NCBI GenBank assembly: GCA_951406725.2
Contig: OX597833.1
Span: 64,480,001 to 64,544,000 of the forward strand
Reading direction: 5' to 3'
DNA from: Octopus vulgaris
Taxonomy: Eukaryota
Length of the DNA: 64,000 bases
Part shown: piece after piece, positions 13,758-30,276 of the stretch
How positions within the stretch are numbered: position 1 is the first letter of the stretch
How the letters are laid out: every line of letters starts with the position of its first letter
Made by a program: the position numbers and the translations under genes
Notes under the pieces: generated by a model
The model's database searches: none
What the model was told of the DNA's origin: nothing
Seen by the model: only the letters and a program-made list of their open reading frames with translations

Positions 13758-15139
13758 TAAATAAATATATATATATATATATATATATATTATACATGCC
13801 TGGTGACCCGCAAACCATCTGTTGATGGTTGTTTTTTTACCATAAATAATTTTGTAATGCATTTAGACATGTCTTTTTCAGACACTTCAGCCAAGTGACC
13901 GATCAGGTGTTGATCAAGCCCCAGTTGGTATTTAGTTAACACTTCCCCCTTGGCCCTGTCCTTTCCAAGACTCATACCTTCTGTTCCTTCTAGAACTTGC
14001 ATTTTTGATCTAAGCTACCTCGATCTAACCTTCGGTGTGTCTATGACAAACCTGAGTTTTCTTCCACCTACTGACATCTGAAACGCCAAGAATCGTGGAA
14101 GATCTACAGAGGAACTAGACAAGCAAACCCTCTGTATCCCATCTCGCTGGAATGATACCTTACTTCAGACAAATATCTTTTTTCTACAGCTCCAGCGCTT
14201 CTGCTTTTTTCTTTCTCCTACTCACATCAGACTCTATAATCAAATATGCCACATCTGCTAGAAAACCTTGACAGAATTATTGCATCGCTTAATATATACG
14301 CAATGATAAGTTTTTTATAGAAAAGAAAAGACACAAAATATATATATATGTTGGTGAAGCACCATCTGTTGAAAAAAGATCCCTCACATAGATTATATGC
14401 TGAAGTGTTTAGTGGTATATAGACACACAAAAAAAAAGAGTTTTAACCACACTCTATGATATGTCATACATTTTAATTGCGTCTTTTGTAACAGAAAATC
14501 TTATGTAGACGGGTGATACAATGGCCAATCGGACATTTTGGCTATTCAAAAATACCAAGTATACACACACATACAGTCAAAGACACATTCGTAGAAAGCA
14601 AAATGTAGCCTACAGCTTCTTACAATCGTCGAACTGACAAGCGAGAAGACTGTACAGTTCAACACGTGATCAATTTTTGTCAGGTAATTCTTAAATACAA
14701 TGACTATATGGCATTGTGTATTTTACATTTTGTAATTCCTTAAGCTCTTATCGCTTCCAAATGACAAATAAGTTTTTGTTGCTTTTCTTATCTTAGAACT
14801 CTTAAGTGAGAGAAGATAGGAAAATGAATAACATATTTAACTCAGATTACGCTCTATGGTTTCATAAGTATCATTTCGAATAGAGAGAAAAAAAAAGCAA
14901 AGAGGAAACGACACAAGCACATACCAAAGCATATACACACATGTGTGTGTCTGTGTGAGGGACAGAGTGATATATAGAGAGAGAGCGAGGGAGGGGGAGA
15001 AAGAGAGAGATAGAAAAAGAGGTGACGAGTATGTGAGGTGAATTTCTGCTCCTGTTAGAATAGGTGGTGATCATGTCTAAAATCTCTTATATACATTGTG
15101 TGTGTATATGTGGGTATATATGTATATGTATGTATGTGC

Positions 15140-15313
<174 letters not shown>

Positions 15314-15659
15314 TATGTATATGTAAGTATGTATGTATACAATCATATTATCAAGAACATATAATTATGTAGGTGTACATACGTATATGTATTTAGACAC
15401 ACACATATATATATATAGATATGTATATATGTATATGTATGTTCTGCATATATACGTATGTGTGTGTCTGTGTGTATGTGTGTATTTACATGTGTATGTG
15501 TGTCTCGTGGACAAGGTACACCAAGACGCAAAGCACAAAAACCCGGAGTGTAATCCGAGAAGGCGATGTGATACAAAATGAGATACCATGACAACGTTCA
15601 GTCTTACATTAACAAGACAGAATATAAAACACTTACAAATCATTTCGCCCGATCACCAC

Positions 15660-15822
15660 ACCTCCTCCTCCTCCTCCACTTCCTCCTTCTTCTTCTTCTT
15701 CTTCTTCTTCTTCTTCTTCTTCTTCTTCTTCTTCTTCTTCTTCTTCTTCTTCTTCTTCTTCTTCTTCTTCTTCTTCTTCTTCTTCTTCTTCTTCTTCTTC
15801 TTTATTATCATTATCATCATCA

Positions 15823-15890
<68 letters not shown>

Positions 15891-15914
15891 GTGCAATTTT
15901 CTGTATTATTATTA

Positions 15915-15955
<41 letters not shown>

Positions 15956-15986
15956 TCTTTAGAGACACGTTATCTATTATTATTAT
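15660..15986. repeat. (CCT)n(CTT)n(ATT)n compound trinucleotide microsatellite
   Basis: Direct inspection. Confidence 0.95.
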
Positions 15987-16172
15987 AATTAATATTGACC
16001 GTCTTATTTACCTTCTTTCACATATATACTTTCTCCTCTATCTACTCCTCTCTTCTCTCTCTCTTGATCTCTCTCTGTATATATTTCATATATATATTTT
16101 TATATATTATGTATGTATGTATGTATGTATATATATATTCAGACGCATATATATATATATGAACAAAGACAT

Positions 16173-16232
<60 letters not shown>

Positions 16233-16560
16233 AAATACATATCTGGGTGTGGGGGTGGGTACATGACTATCTTTAAACACATCTTATAACCTAAAGGTCT
16301 TATAAGTTGCAAAGAATATATCCAAGATCAAGATATCCCGTAGATTTCGAACAGACGTATTTTCACTCCTCAGGCCCAAAAAAGAAATATTAGGAATAAA
16401 AATATCTATGGAAACATACAGACATACACACACACACACATGCATACAGACATATATACATACATAGACAGACGTATATACATACACACACATACACACA
16501 TATATATACATATATATATATGTATATATATGATATGTATGTATATATATATATATATCC

Positions 16561-16602
<42 letters not shown>

Positions 16603-16716
16603 GTACATGCATATGTATATTTATATATATACATATATAGTTTTGTATCAATGTGCATACACATATTCATAAATATTTTATACATTTAAATACGTATTCA
16701 TGAACTCACTTGCATA

Positions 16717-16753
<37 letters not shown>

Positions 16754-16804
16754 ATATATATCTATATATAGATATATATATGTGTGTGTGTGGATATATA
16801 TATA

Positions 16805-16866
<62 letters not shown>

Positions 16867-17582
16867 AACACAATAATCTGCTATATACAATATAAATAAT
16901 AAGACACTCTAATTAGAGTAAAATTAAAAATAAATCTCAATTTAAATTAGATAATATAAAGTAAAATGCTAATAAAGAAACAAAATAATAAAATCTATAA
17001 AGTGCATGGAATTAAATCTAAAAAGTCAAATAAATAAAATGGAAAATCAAATATTCAATGAATGCTAAAACGAAATAAATATAAAAGAACTAGAATATAT
17101 ATCTAAATGATCTTATATCGACATGTTAATTGTTTTTTTTTTCTTTAGTTATAAATTATATTTATGATATTTTTGCTTATATTGTATTATTCGATTTTCG
17201 CTTTAATTTTAACCATTTTTGAAAAACTTTTATATCGATTAACTTTTAAAAGATTCAATGAATTTATGTCTGCAGTGAATAAGTTTTTTTCCGTTGTTGT
17301 TGTCCATGAATATTGTAGTATCATCTTTTAAATTCTCTAGTGTCTTTCTTGTACTAAGGAGGTGATTGTTTCTAGGAATTTGGTACAGTTTAGCTGTCGT
17401 TCGATATTTCCAGAGAAGTATAGCACAGCATTTCCAAGCCATACCATAAAAGCAGAATATAAAGTTTCCTGAAGTATTTAACGATGAAAGCGCAAGTGTG
17501 ATTTTCAGAAAATAGTGTGGACTTTTTATATATTATCGAAAGGTTTCTTGGAGAGATCTTTCGTAGCTCTGCGAAAATGTAT

Positions 17583-17965
17583 ATACCTATTTCTTTAATA
17601 CCCACAAGGGGCTAAACATAGAGTGGAAAACAAGTACAGACAAACGGATTAAGTCGATTATATCGACATCAGTGCGTCACTGGTACTTATTTATCGACCA
17701 CGAAAGGATGAAAGGTAAAGTCGACCTCGGCGGAATTTGAACTCAGAACGTAAGCGCAGACGGAATACCTATTTCTTTACTACGCACAAGGGGCTAAACA
17801 CAGAGGGGACAAACAAGTACAGACAAACGGATTAAGTCGATTACATCGACACTAGTGCGTCACTGGTACTTAATTTATCGACCACGAAAGGATGAAAGGT
17901 AAAGTCGACCTCGGCGGAATTTGATCTCGCCCGACATGCTAAGGTTTCGGCCAGTTCACCGCCTT
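17583..17965 (-). mobile_element. SINE family B dimer with GAAAATGTAT target-site duplication
   Basis: Two tandem bodies; GAAAATGTAT at 17573-17582 and 17966-17975. Confidence 0.85.
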
Positions 17966-18324
17966 GAAAATGTATGTACTGCTCTGTTTAAAACTGCTCC
18001 TTATTCTATGATATAAACTTTGTTTTAAGATGATCTTAATCGAAATATTTTGTGTCTTGGGAGGGTCATTAGGCCAAAACAATAACCCGCGCAGCAGTGC
18101 ACCTCATTGGCGTAATGACTTTCTCAAGTTAAAAAAAAATGTTTCAATTCAAGAATTCATATGAAGAATCTTGCAAACCAAATACAAAAAAAAAGGAACT
18201 AAATTAAAATCTTTCATCAAAATTTCATATTAATTTATGCAGCAAACAACAGCTTTTGAATTTTATTCGACCTTGGCGGAAGAATTCTGCAAGAACCTTA
18301 AGAAAAATTCTTGAAATTTGAGGA

Positions 18325-18590
18325 GATTTGTCACCGAAGCTCAATGAAGGCGTGCACAAGGATTTCATCACCCTGCGCGCACTTTGGACAAGCCCGTCTG
18401 ACAGCACATCCGTGCCTGTAGGGTTTATCTCGAACCGGTAGCGCCTCCCAGTAGCACTGCCTGGCCAAGAACATCTGGAAATTATCCATGACAGTTCCCG
18501 ACTGAAAACTCCGGAACAGATTAGCCACTTCATTTTCGTCAGCGCCCAGAGTCCCCTGAAAAGGTCATCGCACTTCCCCGACCCTAACGA
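18325..18590 (-). pseudogene. Tx1/L1-clade LINE ORF2 C-terminal fragment (zinc-knuckle region)
   Basis: Peptide WEALPVRDKPYRHG..CPKCAQGDEILVHAF resembles the CCHC (zf-RVT) region; degenerate. Confidence 0.55.
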
Positions 18591-18889
18591 TAAAAATAAT
18601 CCTATCTACTATAGGCCCAACGCCTGATATGTAAGGAGGGGGGATTTTAGTCGATTACATTGACCCCTGTATTTCACTGGTACTAAATTTGTCGACCCGA
18701 AACGAGGAAAAAAAAGGTCGGCCTCCGCAGAATTTCTACCAAGAACATAGCGACAGACGAAATAAAGATAAGCATTTCACATAATAATAATAATAGTAAT
18801 GATATTCATAATATTAATAATAATGTAGTTATTGTGCAACAAGCAACATATAGGTGCCTAAATTCAACATCATCCGAAGCTGTTTATAC

Positions 18890-18932
<43 letters not shown>

Positions 18933-19104
18933 TAATACATATATGCATATACATGCATGTATATATGTATATATATACATATGTTATACATGTATGTATA
19001 TATGTATATATATATATATATGTATATATGTATATATATGTTAGACATATATATATATACACACTCACGCACACGCATATATACATACATATGTACACAC
19101 ACAC

Positions 19105-19149
<45 letters not shown>

Positions 19150-19893
19150 TATATACGTACATAAAACCATTACAACTTCCACACACAATTCTATATCTTA
19201 ATTCGTATCTACGACGCTGGAAAAGATTTGATCGTAGAAAATATAAGATGTAATTTATTGTTCCTACATTACAGCATTAATATAGTTTTGTGCAATAAAA
19301 TCAACTTCAAACGATTTTAAAAGGCTTCCAAACCATTAAGGCGAACAGAATTTGTTATAATAATCCATAAGTGTAGGAAATATTTATCGGTTCCCATCGA
19401 GTGTATATATATGTATGTATATCCTTCCTGACGTGTATCTGCACATGCATCTATATATACATAGATACATATATATACATATAGAAATATATATGTATAT
19501 ATATATGTATGTATATATATATTTATATATATGTATGTATATGTACATACATATATTGTTCATTTGTATATATACTTATACATACATACATACATAAATA
19601 TACATATGCATATGTATGTGTGTGTATGTTCGTGTGTATATATACACGCATTTATTTATATACAAACATGCATACTCACTCATTCATGCATCCACAGATA
19701 CACATATTCACACACACACAAACACTTAGACATACACAGACACAAACTCAGAAATATATATATATACACATATATATGTATGTATATATATCTATACATA
19801 TGTATATATATAGTTTTCCCATTTATATATGTATTTGTATATATATATATATATAAGGATATATATATATATATTAATATATATATATGTATA

Positions 19894-19949
<56 letters not shown>

Positions 19950-20588
19950 TATGTAATGTAAATATACCCCTATTTTTTTCTATGTGGTTGTTTTTATACT
20001 TGTGCGTGCGTGTGTGTGTGTGAGTGTTTGTGCAAGCAATAAGTGTAATTAATTCAATAACAACTGATCTGATAATGGATACACTCTTATTTGATGAACA
20101 CAAATCAAATATCTGTGCAACAGAACGCCATATGTATTCGTCGTAACGGAGAAGAAACTGATTCTATATATGGCGGAATCTCTACGCCGTTTGTTCAAAC
20201 AACTATTAAAGTTGGCGTACATAACGCCTTTCATATCTGTGCGTCTGCGCATATGCGTATACCTTTGTATATGTACGTGTGTCCGCCCGTTTGTGTGTAA
20301 GTATTTTTTTAAATATATATATGTATACGAATTGAAGTATGTCAGTTAGCATACGTTTTTCTGTGTGTTTGTGTAAGTGTTTTTCAATATATAATAATAT
20401 ATAGATCCTTTTTTTACTCGCTCGGTTTTTGCTCTTTATTATTTATCTCTGTGTAATGAATAAATGGTTATTTCTATATGAATATAATTTTACGTATTCC
20501 TTTATTCATGCATATTTATGTATATAATGAACACACACATGCACATATAAATAGCAGTATGTGTATGAGTATATATATATATATATAT

Positions 20589-20626
<38 letters not shown>

Positions 20627-20669
20627 GAAAAATATTGAGGGTATATGTTTACCTACGTATAATACATAC

Positions 20670-20763
<94 letters not shown>

Positions 20764-21409
20764 GCAGCAACACACATATTTACAGACACAGCACACGCGT
20801 AGACACATACACACACATAGATATGTATATGCATTTAATGTGCACAATATTTTAAATAAGAGATGATAATAGTTTCTTGCTAAGGAGACACTGTGATTAG
20901 ATAGGGTCTTAATGGATAGAAAGCATTAGTAGCTCTTAGTTTAAATACTGTGTACATTAAATGATATTTATCTCTGACAGGATGGAGTAGTATTTTTGTT
21001 AATCTTACCTTTTAACGGTAGAAATACACACACACAAATACATACTCACACACACACACATATAGATAGGTAATTATAAAATCCCAGGATCACAGCGTAG
21101 TTTCTAAACACCGGTAGGTATAAAAAACAACGCTCAGTCGAACGTGGTAGGCTTTTCTATATCCAAAATTCGATGCAAAAATTTTTCTCACCTCCGGGAA
21201 ACGAAAGCAGGTTTGGATGGAGAGGATGCTTGCGTTGGGTCAAAAGCTTCTTAACGGGGTCTTTCGTCTTGTCCCTGCTGGTTTGGGATAAAAATTGACC
21301 CTTTCTCGTCTTGTATGATAGATAGATACTAGTTTTAGCTCACGGGCTGTGGCCATGCTGGGGCACCGGTGAATACCGAAAGTTTTCATGCACTACCTGC
21401 CTGATATAT

Positions 21410-21494
<85 letters not shown>

Positions 21495-21495
<1 letters not shown>

Positions 21496-21691
21496 CCTCG
21501 TGTGTACCGTTGGCGATTTTTTTTCCTCTGTCTTCCCTTCTCTGGATCTTTCCTTCTCCTATGTTTCCGACGAAGAGCTCCGCTCGAAACGTTGAACCTC
21601 CTTCTTTCTTTCCTGAGCGTCCAATAATACCATATTTGTTCCACGTCCTCGCGTTGTTGTGTTTTTTTTTGTGCTTTCTTGTTTGGATTAA

Positions 21692-21695
<4 letters not shown>
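21495..21695 (+). mobile_element. Penelope-like terminal fragment with variant minimal hammerhead (21563-21597)
   Basis: GTTT-CCGACGA-A-GAGC-tcc-GCTC-GAAACGTT-GAAC; pyrimidine-rich; ends in (TA)n. Confidence 0.45.
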
Positions 21696-21727
<32 letters not shown>

Positions 21728-22019
21728 TGGGAACGTATCATCTCTGCTGAATAGTGTATAACAGTTTCAGCGATGAAGCCGCGTCAGGAAGGCCAATGAA
21801 ACACGGTAGATTCACAGCATCATGAATAACGATCTCAGCGAGCCAATGAGAAACGTGGACGAGCTGATGAATGTGGCAGGGCCCACTTTACAAACATGGC
21901 CGTGGAATTATGAGATAGAAGTATTATTCGGTTAGGAGAGTTTAGCTCATATTGCGGAAAATCCGGACAAAGTGGGTGGGGTGGTAAGGGCTATGTGACC
22001 ACTCTCTAACAACATGTTA

Positions 22020-22247
22020 CCTATTTCTTTATTACCCACAAGGGGCTAAACACAGAGGGGACAGACAAGGACAGACATAGGTATTAAGTCGATTACATCG
22101 ACCCCAGTGCGTAACTGGTACTTAATTTATCGACCCCGAAAGGATGAAAGGCAAAGTCGACCTCGGCGGAATTTGAACTCACAACGTAACGCAGACGAAA
22201 TACCACTAAGCATTTCGCCCGGCGTGCTAACGTTTCTGCCAGCTCGC
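22020..22247 (-). mobile_element. SINE family B
   Basis: Match to family B copies. Confidence 0.85.
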
Positions 22248-22499
22248 AGCTAACTTCTCTGGACGGAATAACCTGGACTGCTGAGCCCAGAACAACGAAG
22301 GAAATAGTTCCAACGCGGTCGGTGATCATACACTGCCAAGATCCGATTGGACTTGTTTATAGTGAGTGCTTTGGGTAAAATGGGAGGAACTTGTGCGATC
22401 TTGTCGTTATGTCTCTTTCGTACTCGCATGCAGGCCGTAAGATGAAGCTGAGGTCAGTCGTTTTGAAGATCTTGTCTACGGTGTATTCTCGCTTTTTTC

Positions 22500-22881
22500 C
22501 CTTTCAGTCATTTTACTGTGGCCATGCTGGAGCACTGCCTTTAGTCGAGCAAATCGAACCCAAGACTTATTCTTTGTAAGCCCAGTACTTATTCTATCCG
22601 TCTCTTTAGCCGAACCGCTAAGTTACGGGGACGTAAACACACCATCATCGTTTGTCAAGCGATGTTGGGGGTACAAACACAGATACACAAACATACAAAC
22701 GCACACATATGTGCGTTTATACGACGGGCTTCTTTCAGTTTCCGTCTCCAAATCTTGTCAGAAGGTTTTGGTCGGCCCGAGGCTATAGTAGAAGACACTT
22801 GCACAAAGTGCGAAGCAGTGGGACTGAACACGGAACCATGTGGTTGGTAAGCAAGCTACTTACCACACAGCCACTCCTGCG
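22500..22881 (-). mobile_element. SINE family A
   Basis: Reverse-complement match to 8221-8640. Confidence 0.85.
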
Positions 22882-23480
22882 CCAAATTTTTCGGCGATGA
22901 TTTAGATTTTCTTCTTCGGCATTCCGTTTTTTTGAAAATATATTTTCCTTTACGTTTTCAGATGACTAATGTAACCTGCAGTTGCTATTATTTAAAAAAG
23001 ACTAGACGATCACTAATGGAACGTCTTATGTTTTCTCTATTGCAGAAAATTTGTGACTAAAAAGCCAACAACGAAGTAACTTGGCGTGCTTGTGTCTTAA
23101 AGAAATTAATAATCACATATCTGAATGAACTCGGCCGCTTTAAAGAAGACAGCCATATGTCAGCCGCTGTCCTTGGCTATGTTTTACTAAATTACGAATT
23201 AATAAATTAGAGGTAATCATACCAGAATTCGATCTACCTAACAATTAAGGAGTTCTTGAAACATTCGTCTAATATCAATGATGCAGCTTGGTATTTTAAT
23301 CATATGAATGAAAACCGTTTTAACACACCTTAGTTTATGGAAAAGAAAGCCAGAAAAATGCGAAAAGAAATAGACAAAAATACGATCAATCTCACGTCGA
23401 TATGACATACTGAAAGCCTCGGCTTCCGTAGTCTTTTAATCGTATCCATTCCCACTTTGGTGTTGTTATCCTATACTGGC

Positions 23481-23731
<251 letters not shown>

Positions 23732-24592
23732 TCGTATTGTCTAGTCAGACAACAACTTATGTGAAGAGAAAATCCAACACCAGAATCATATTAAGTGTTA
23801 AGATGGCAGAAATTCTAAACATTATAGTTTTACCGATTCCAAAGCATACATTAATTTTTTTTATCTGTCTACATTTCTCTCTTTTTTTTTATCCTTTACT
23901 AATCTTTTCTATTTAATATCATATATGGAACATATAATCTACTCCAGAAATCATCATCATCATCATCATCATCACCATTACCATCATCAACGACATCTTC
24001 ATCAGCATCATCATTATCGTTTACATCAGCAGTAGCCGCATCGAAATTCATCAACATCATCGTCATCGGTTTCCATAAGGAGCAAGCGCGACAAATATTT
24101 TAAAATGAGGCTTAGATTTCATTTCTTCGTAATGCAATTCGATTAATTCATATTTGGGAGATTTATACAGAGAAGGGAAAAAAAATATGTCTCGGTTAAT
24201 GTTGCTCTTAGAAACTACTGTGAACAGCACAAACGACTGAGTGAAGGAAAAAACCTACACGATACCAAGAGAACAAGAGTAATAATAAATATAGAGCTTA
24301 TAAGCCACAGGTATGAAAATATTATGGAAGATATGCAATATATGAGAATATGGAACATGTAATCATGTTGCATCATATATACATATATGTGTGTGTGTGT
24401 GTGTGTGTATGTGTGTATTTATATGTATACACATACATACATATATATATGTAACTAATAATAAATATGTATATGTATATATATATACATATATATATAT
24501 GCATGTACATATATATACATACATACATACGTATATATATATATATGTGTATATATATATATATATATACAGACATATATATATATACAGAC

Positions 24593-24634
<42 letters not shown>

Positions 24635-24973
24635 GTACAGACACATATACATATATATATATATAAACCCGTGTTTGTAATTTCTTACTGAGAAATGGAT
24701 AAACAACCGTAAGAAAACTTGTTAGATTTGTAAAGAAATTTTGCATTCCGGTAATTAAAATATGTGTACATAGTTTGTATGTGTGTATGCATGTATGTAT
24801 GTATGTATGTATGTATGTATGTATGTATGTATGTATGTATGTATGTATGTATATATATATATATGTGCGTGTCTATCTCTTTCTGTTTGAGACTATGCAT
24901 ATATATATATTTACGTAGATGTATACATTTGTTTGTATTACATGTATTTTCATATCGTATGAAAATACAGTTA

Positions 24974-25016
<43 letters not shown>

Positions 25017-25566
25017 ATACATTCGGATACGAACATATACTTTCATATTTATTGTTTGTTTGAAGACAACAAATAATATAGCAACGCGAATGCACGTATG
25101 TACATGCGTATCTGCACATGTATATGAACTTGTTTTTGCACAAGCGTGCTGTGTAAATATATATATATATGCGTGTGTGAGTGTGTGTGTGTGGATGCAT
25201 ACGTATCACATACATACATACATACGTAATCATACATTCTCGAGCGGAAAATATATAGGACACGAAACATATGATTAAATTGTACAATACCGTGAGTTGC
25301 CATCTGGTCCGCCATTGCTGTAATTACTCTAGAGCAACTAGACACGTGATTGTTTCTCTCACAATGGATCTACTTTCATTTTCTGTCTTATGTTTGTGTA
25401 AAATTATATATCTCAGGATTGCGGCCAATAGCGATTTTCAGCATTGGTTATGTTGGAGCCGGGCTGAATGTCTGTTACAAATATGCATTCTGCCCTACTG
25501 CTGACTATCTATACGTACTTAGTTCAAATCATATTGATGAAATAAGTACCATTGTATACCTTCTAT

Positions 25567-25817
25567 CGTAACGGCAGACGAAATACCTATTTCTTTACTA
25601 CCGACAAGGGGCGAAACACAGAGAGGACAAACAAGGACAGACAAACGGATTAAGTCGATTATATCGACACCAGTGCGTAACTGGAACTTATTTAATCGAC
25701 CCCGAAAGGATTAAAGGTAAAGTCAACCTCGGCGGAATTTGAACTCAGAAGTTAACGTCAGACGAAATACCACTAAGCATTTCGCCCGGTGTGCTAACAT
25801 TTCCGCCAGCACGCCGC
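25567..25817 (-). mobile_element. SINE family B plus the start of a second unit
   Basis: Match to family B; the same AATA|GGTATTTCGTCTG junction as in the multimers. Confidence 0.85.
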
Positions 25818-26208
25818 TCAGACAAATTCATTTCTTTCCTTTAATGTTTTGCAAATTACTTATTAAACGGTTACATCCAAATCCTCTGTAATCGACCAAA
25901 CCTAGATGCAATCCCACCGCGTACGACACCATAAAAAGAGAAAGGAAATCTAGTAGTAAAATGCCCTGAATCGTTCTAAGCAAATATCGGTCCCACATAC
26001 ATCGCATTATGTGTGGCTCGAGTGCTTCTGCTGGAAATCATGTATCTACTTTATTTATTAATTGACTCTCTTTTCGATCATTTAAATGACAGAACAGACG
26101 TCGCTACATTTAAACTCGGCCACTTGCAAAGGTTAAAACAGCAGACGATTCTAAATTAAAAGTAAACAGAGTAACACACACATAACTCACACGGACACCC
26201 ACACAGAC

Positions 26209-26296
<88 letters not shown>

Positions 26297-26345
26297 TCTA
26301 TATATATACATAGTATGTATATATATATATGTGTGTATATATATA

Positions 26346-26381
<36 letters not shown>

Positions 26382-26994
26382 TATATATACACACATATAT
26401 ATATACATATTTATATGCATATATGTAAATATATACATATACACATATATATACATATATATATGTATATATATATAGACGCGCGAATATATATAGATAT
26501 ATATATATGTATGAATGAATGTATGTATGTATGTATATATGCGTGTGTTTATGTCTGTGTGGGTAAACACACACACACATGTATATATATATATATAAAT
26601 ATCAAGCTGTGTATATACAAATATATACACATTTATATATGTATGAAAACACACACGCACAAAACTTATATATATATGTGCTTGTGTGTGTGTGTGTGTG
26701 TGTGTATGTGTGTATGTGTGTGGATTTGTGTGTGTGTGTGTGTGTGTTGGGTTCTTTAAAAAAAAATTACACCTCTGTCTCAACGTTTTATCGCCTGTCT
26801 TTTTTTCCTCTCAACATGTGATATTTAATAAATCGATAAATCAATAGAAATTGTATTTTCGATGAATTATCAATCGATTTAAAATTCTAAGTCACACCAT
26901 TTAAATTTCTAGACTTTTAATATCATTTGTTACTCAAGCAGTGAGCTGACATCAATAATACACCTATTAATCACAGTGGAATATCAATATTTTC

Positions 26995-27152
<158 letters not shown>

Positions 27153-27429
27153 AATTCCACTATAATTATGTTCACTACTTCACAAGTTCATTCGCTCGTT
27201 GTCTGTCTGTCTTCGTATGCTTGTGAGTATGTATCTACGTATGTCTGCATATACGTACGCATGTATGTACATGTGTGGATATATGTATATATATGTGTGT
27301 GTGTATATATATATATTTATATATATATATGCTCACACGTGCACATGGAGCACATATATTCACATTTTAAACTATATATTTACCTGTCTTTTGTTTCAAT
27401 TTCATCTGTCTATTGTTACACATATGTAT

Positions 27430-27969
<540 letters not shown>

Positions 27970-28796
27970 GTTTTGTCACACTATTCTTTAATCTCGTAGA
28001 CTCGTTCTCATTCTGCACCTTTCTATTTCTCTCCCTCCCCCATCTCTCCCTTTCTCCGTCCGTTCTCTTCCCTCACTCACTCACTATACACTTTCCCCTC
28101 TCCTTTCACTCTTACCCTTCCGCCGTCTCTCTATTCCTTGTCTCTCTCTCTCCCTTTCCTTCTCCCTATATCGTCATCGTTCTGTTATTTACGATCAAAC
28201 AGAAACGCAGCCATTATTTTCACAGGTAACAGACAAAAATATCCGTTTGTTCTCTCTGCAAATGAGGAAATGACAGTTTTTGTAGAATTTCACACAGAGA
28301 AAAAAACCAACAAACAAAATTAATCAAAATAAATACAAAACACAACTCGGTAACTCGGCACCAAATATCAAATGATACAACGCCACAGCGACTAAACAGC
28401 GGCACAGTTTGCTAAAAATATCTGTCAGGTCTACAAAAAAAAAAGAGAAAGAAACATATTAGACAATGTGGAACGAAATCTAAAATGTCATCGTCAATTT
28501 AGTAATGTGATGTTATGTGAGTAATGTTGAACAATAGGGTCGTTAATTAGGGATTTCATTAGGCTTTACAGTATTTGAGTTATGGTCTTTATGGATGGAG
28601 AGAGTAAAAGGGATGTGCCTGTAACTCGGTGCATACTAAATATCACAACGAACTATGTTCGATACCCGTTCTTTTTAATATCCCACAAGTAAACGCGATT
28701 AATATGTGAAGGTAATCAATCTATTACCACTATCGTTTGTGTTATTTTGCCAATATTTGGAAGTGTAAATAATAACACACATACACACATACACAA

Positions 28797-28864
<68 letters not shown>

Positions 28865-28865
28865 A

Positions 28866-28933
<68 letters not shown>

Positions 28934-29588
28934 CATACATACATACATACATACAAACACAAATACACCACAAACGCACACACAGATACACACACAATAA
29001 GAGTGCGTGAAACTGAGAGGGCAATATGTTGAATAAAATCCTTATTAACTGATCCTCTTGTATTTTTAGGGTCCAAAACCAGGAACTTTTCAGCACTCAG
29101 TCGTAGTTGTTGTTGCATGTTGGAACTTAAGTCGCTTAAACCTGTTTTGTCTCACCGTTGACTCAAACAGACAAAGATACCGACTGAATAAATATGAAAT
29201 CAACGAAGAACAAACACTGCTGTCGAGTTGTTCGTTTAAAACAGTGCTTCTCACTCAAAGTCCATGTGGGCTCTGGTTGTCCATGTAAGATTTTGGCGTA
29301 TTCACATAAGCAAAAGTTTTAGATTAAGGATCGACTATAATCTTGTGTCTATGAAAAAAATTCCTGTAGATGTATTTCATGGTTTGTAGCCGTTTACTCA
29401 ATATGCAGGAATTGAACAACTATTTTGTATATCATTAAATACCTTTGAAGAGATTCGATTTTCAAATAATTTTAGATTTTATTAATTTTCTGAAGTCTGT
29501 AATTGAAACAGCTGTAAGGTATGTTTGTCAATTTTTTAATTACTAAATAATAATTTATTAGTTACCACTCTCTTTTCTTATCTTATGT

Positions 29589-29639
<51 letters not shown>

Positions 29640-29791
29640 TATATAAACCATAGTCTATATAGTTACCTTGCAGTTGAGTATTAAATATGGCGTTGAATAT
29701 TTTAAATAAACTTTGTATAGATAATTAAACAGTACTTTCATAGGATTTTGCTATCCCTGAATGAGGTTTGTAATCTATAATTGTGCTTCTG

Positions 29792-29887
<96 letters not shown>

Positions 29888-29904
29888 CGCTTGTCAATAG
29901 TGAC

Positions 29905-30187
29905 AAATTTTGTGTGCGGCTCATACAGTCCTCTCCATACGCTTTCTGCAACATTGCGTAGGCCTCTGAGTAGTTATCGCCATGACAACTTTCTCTGTCA
30001 TGGTTAATGTGACGATCACACGATACACACCTTCCTTCCCAACACTGTAAGTACCGGAAGTGCGCTAGAATGTTAATGCGCAATCACAGTGGAGTTCAAG
30101 GCCAATCTTTACCTAGCAAATTTTTTCTTCGTCCTTTCGTGTCGTTCATACGGCAACATTCCGGTCAATTATTGATCAGACCTCGTA
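29905..30187 (-). pseudogene. Tc1/mariner 5' remnant (TIR plus transposase N-terminal HTH fragment)
   Basis: TA-CGAGGTCTGATCAATAA TIR-like end; peptide SEAYAMLQKAYGEDCMSRTQ resembles the mariner transposase HTH region. Confidence 0.7.
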
Positions 30188-30245
30188 TATATTTGCGTGT
30201 GCGTTGTTGTGTGAGTATATGTGTATGTGTGTGTGTATGTGTATG

Positions 30246-30276
<31 letters not shown>

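Noticed and set aside
13790-14230. Possible LINE ORF1 or exon fragment
   Set aside because: Higher-complexity sequence but interrupted by stops and with no motif I can confidently identify.
21725-22015. Possible solo LTR or promoter with two CCAAT boxes and a CTGATGA
   Set aside because: No matching terminus or TSD and no GAAA completing a hammerhead; insufficient evidence.
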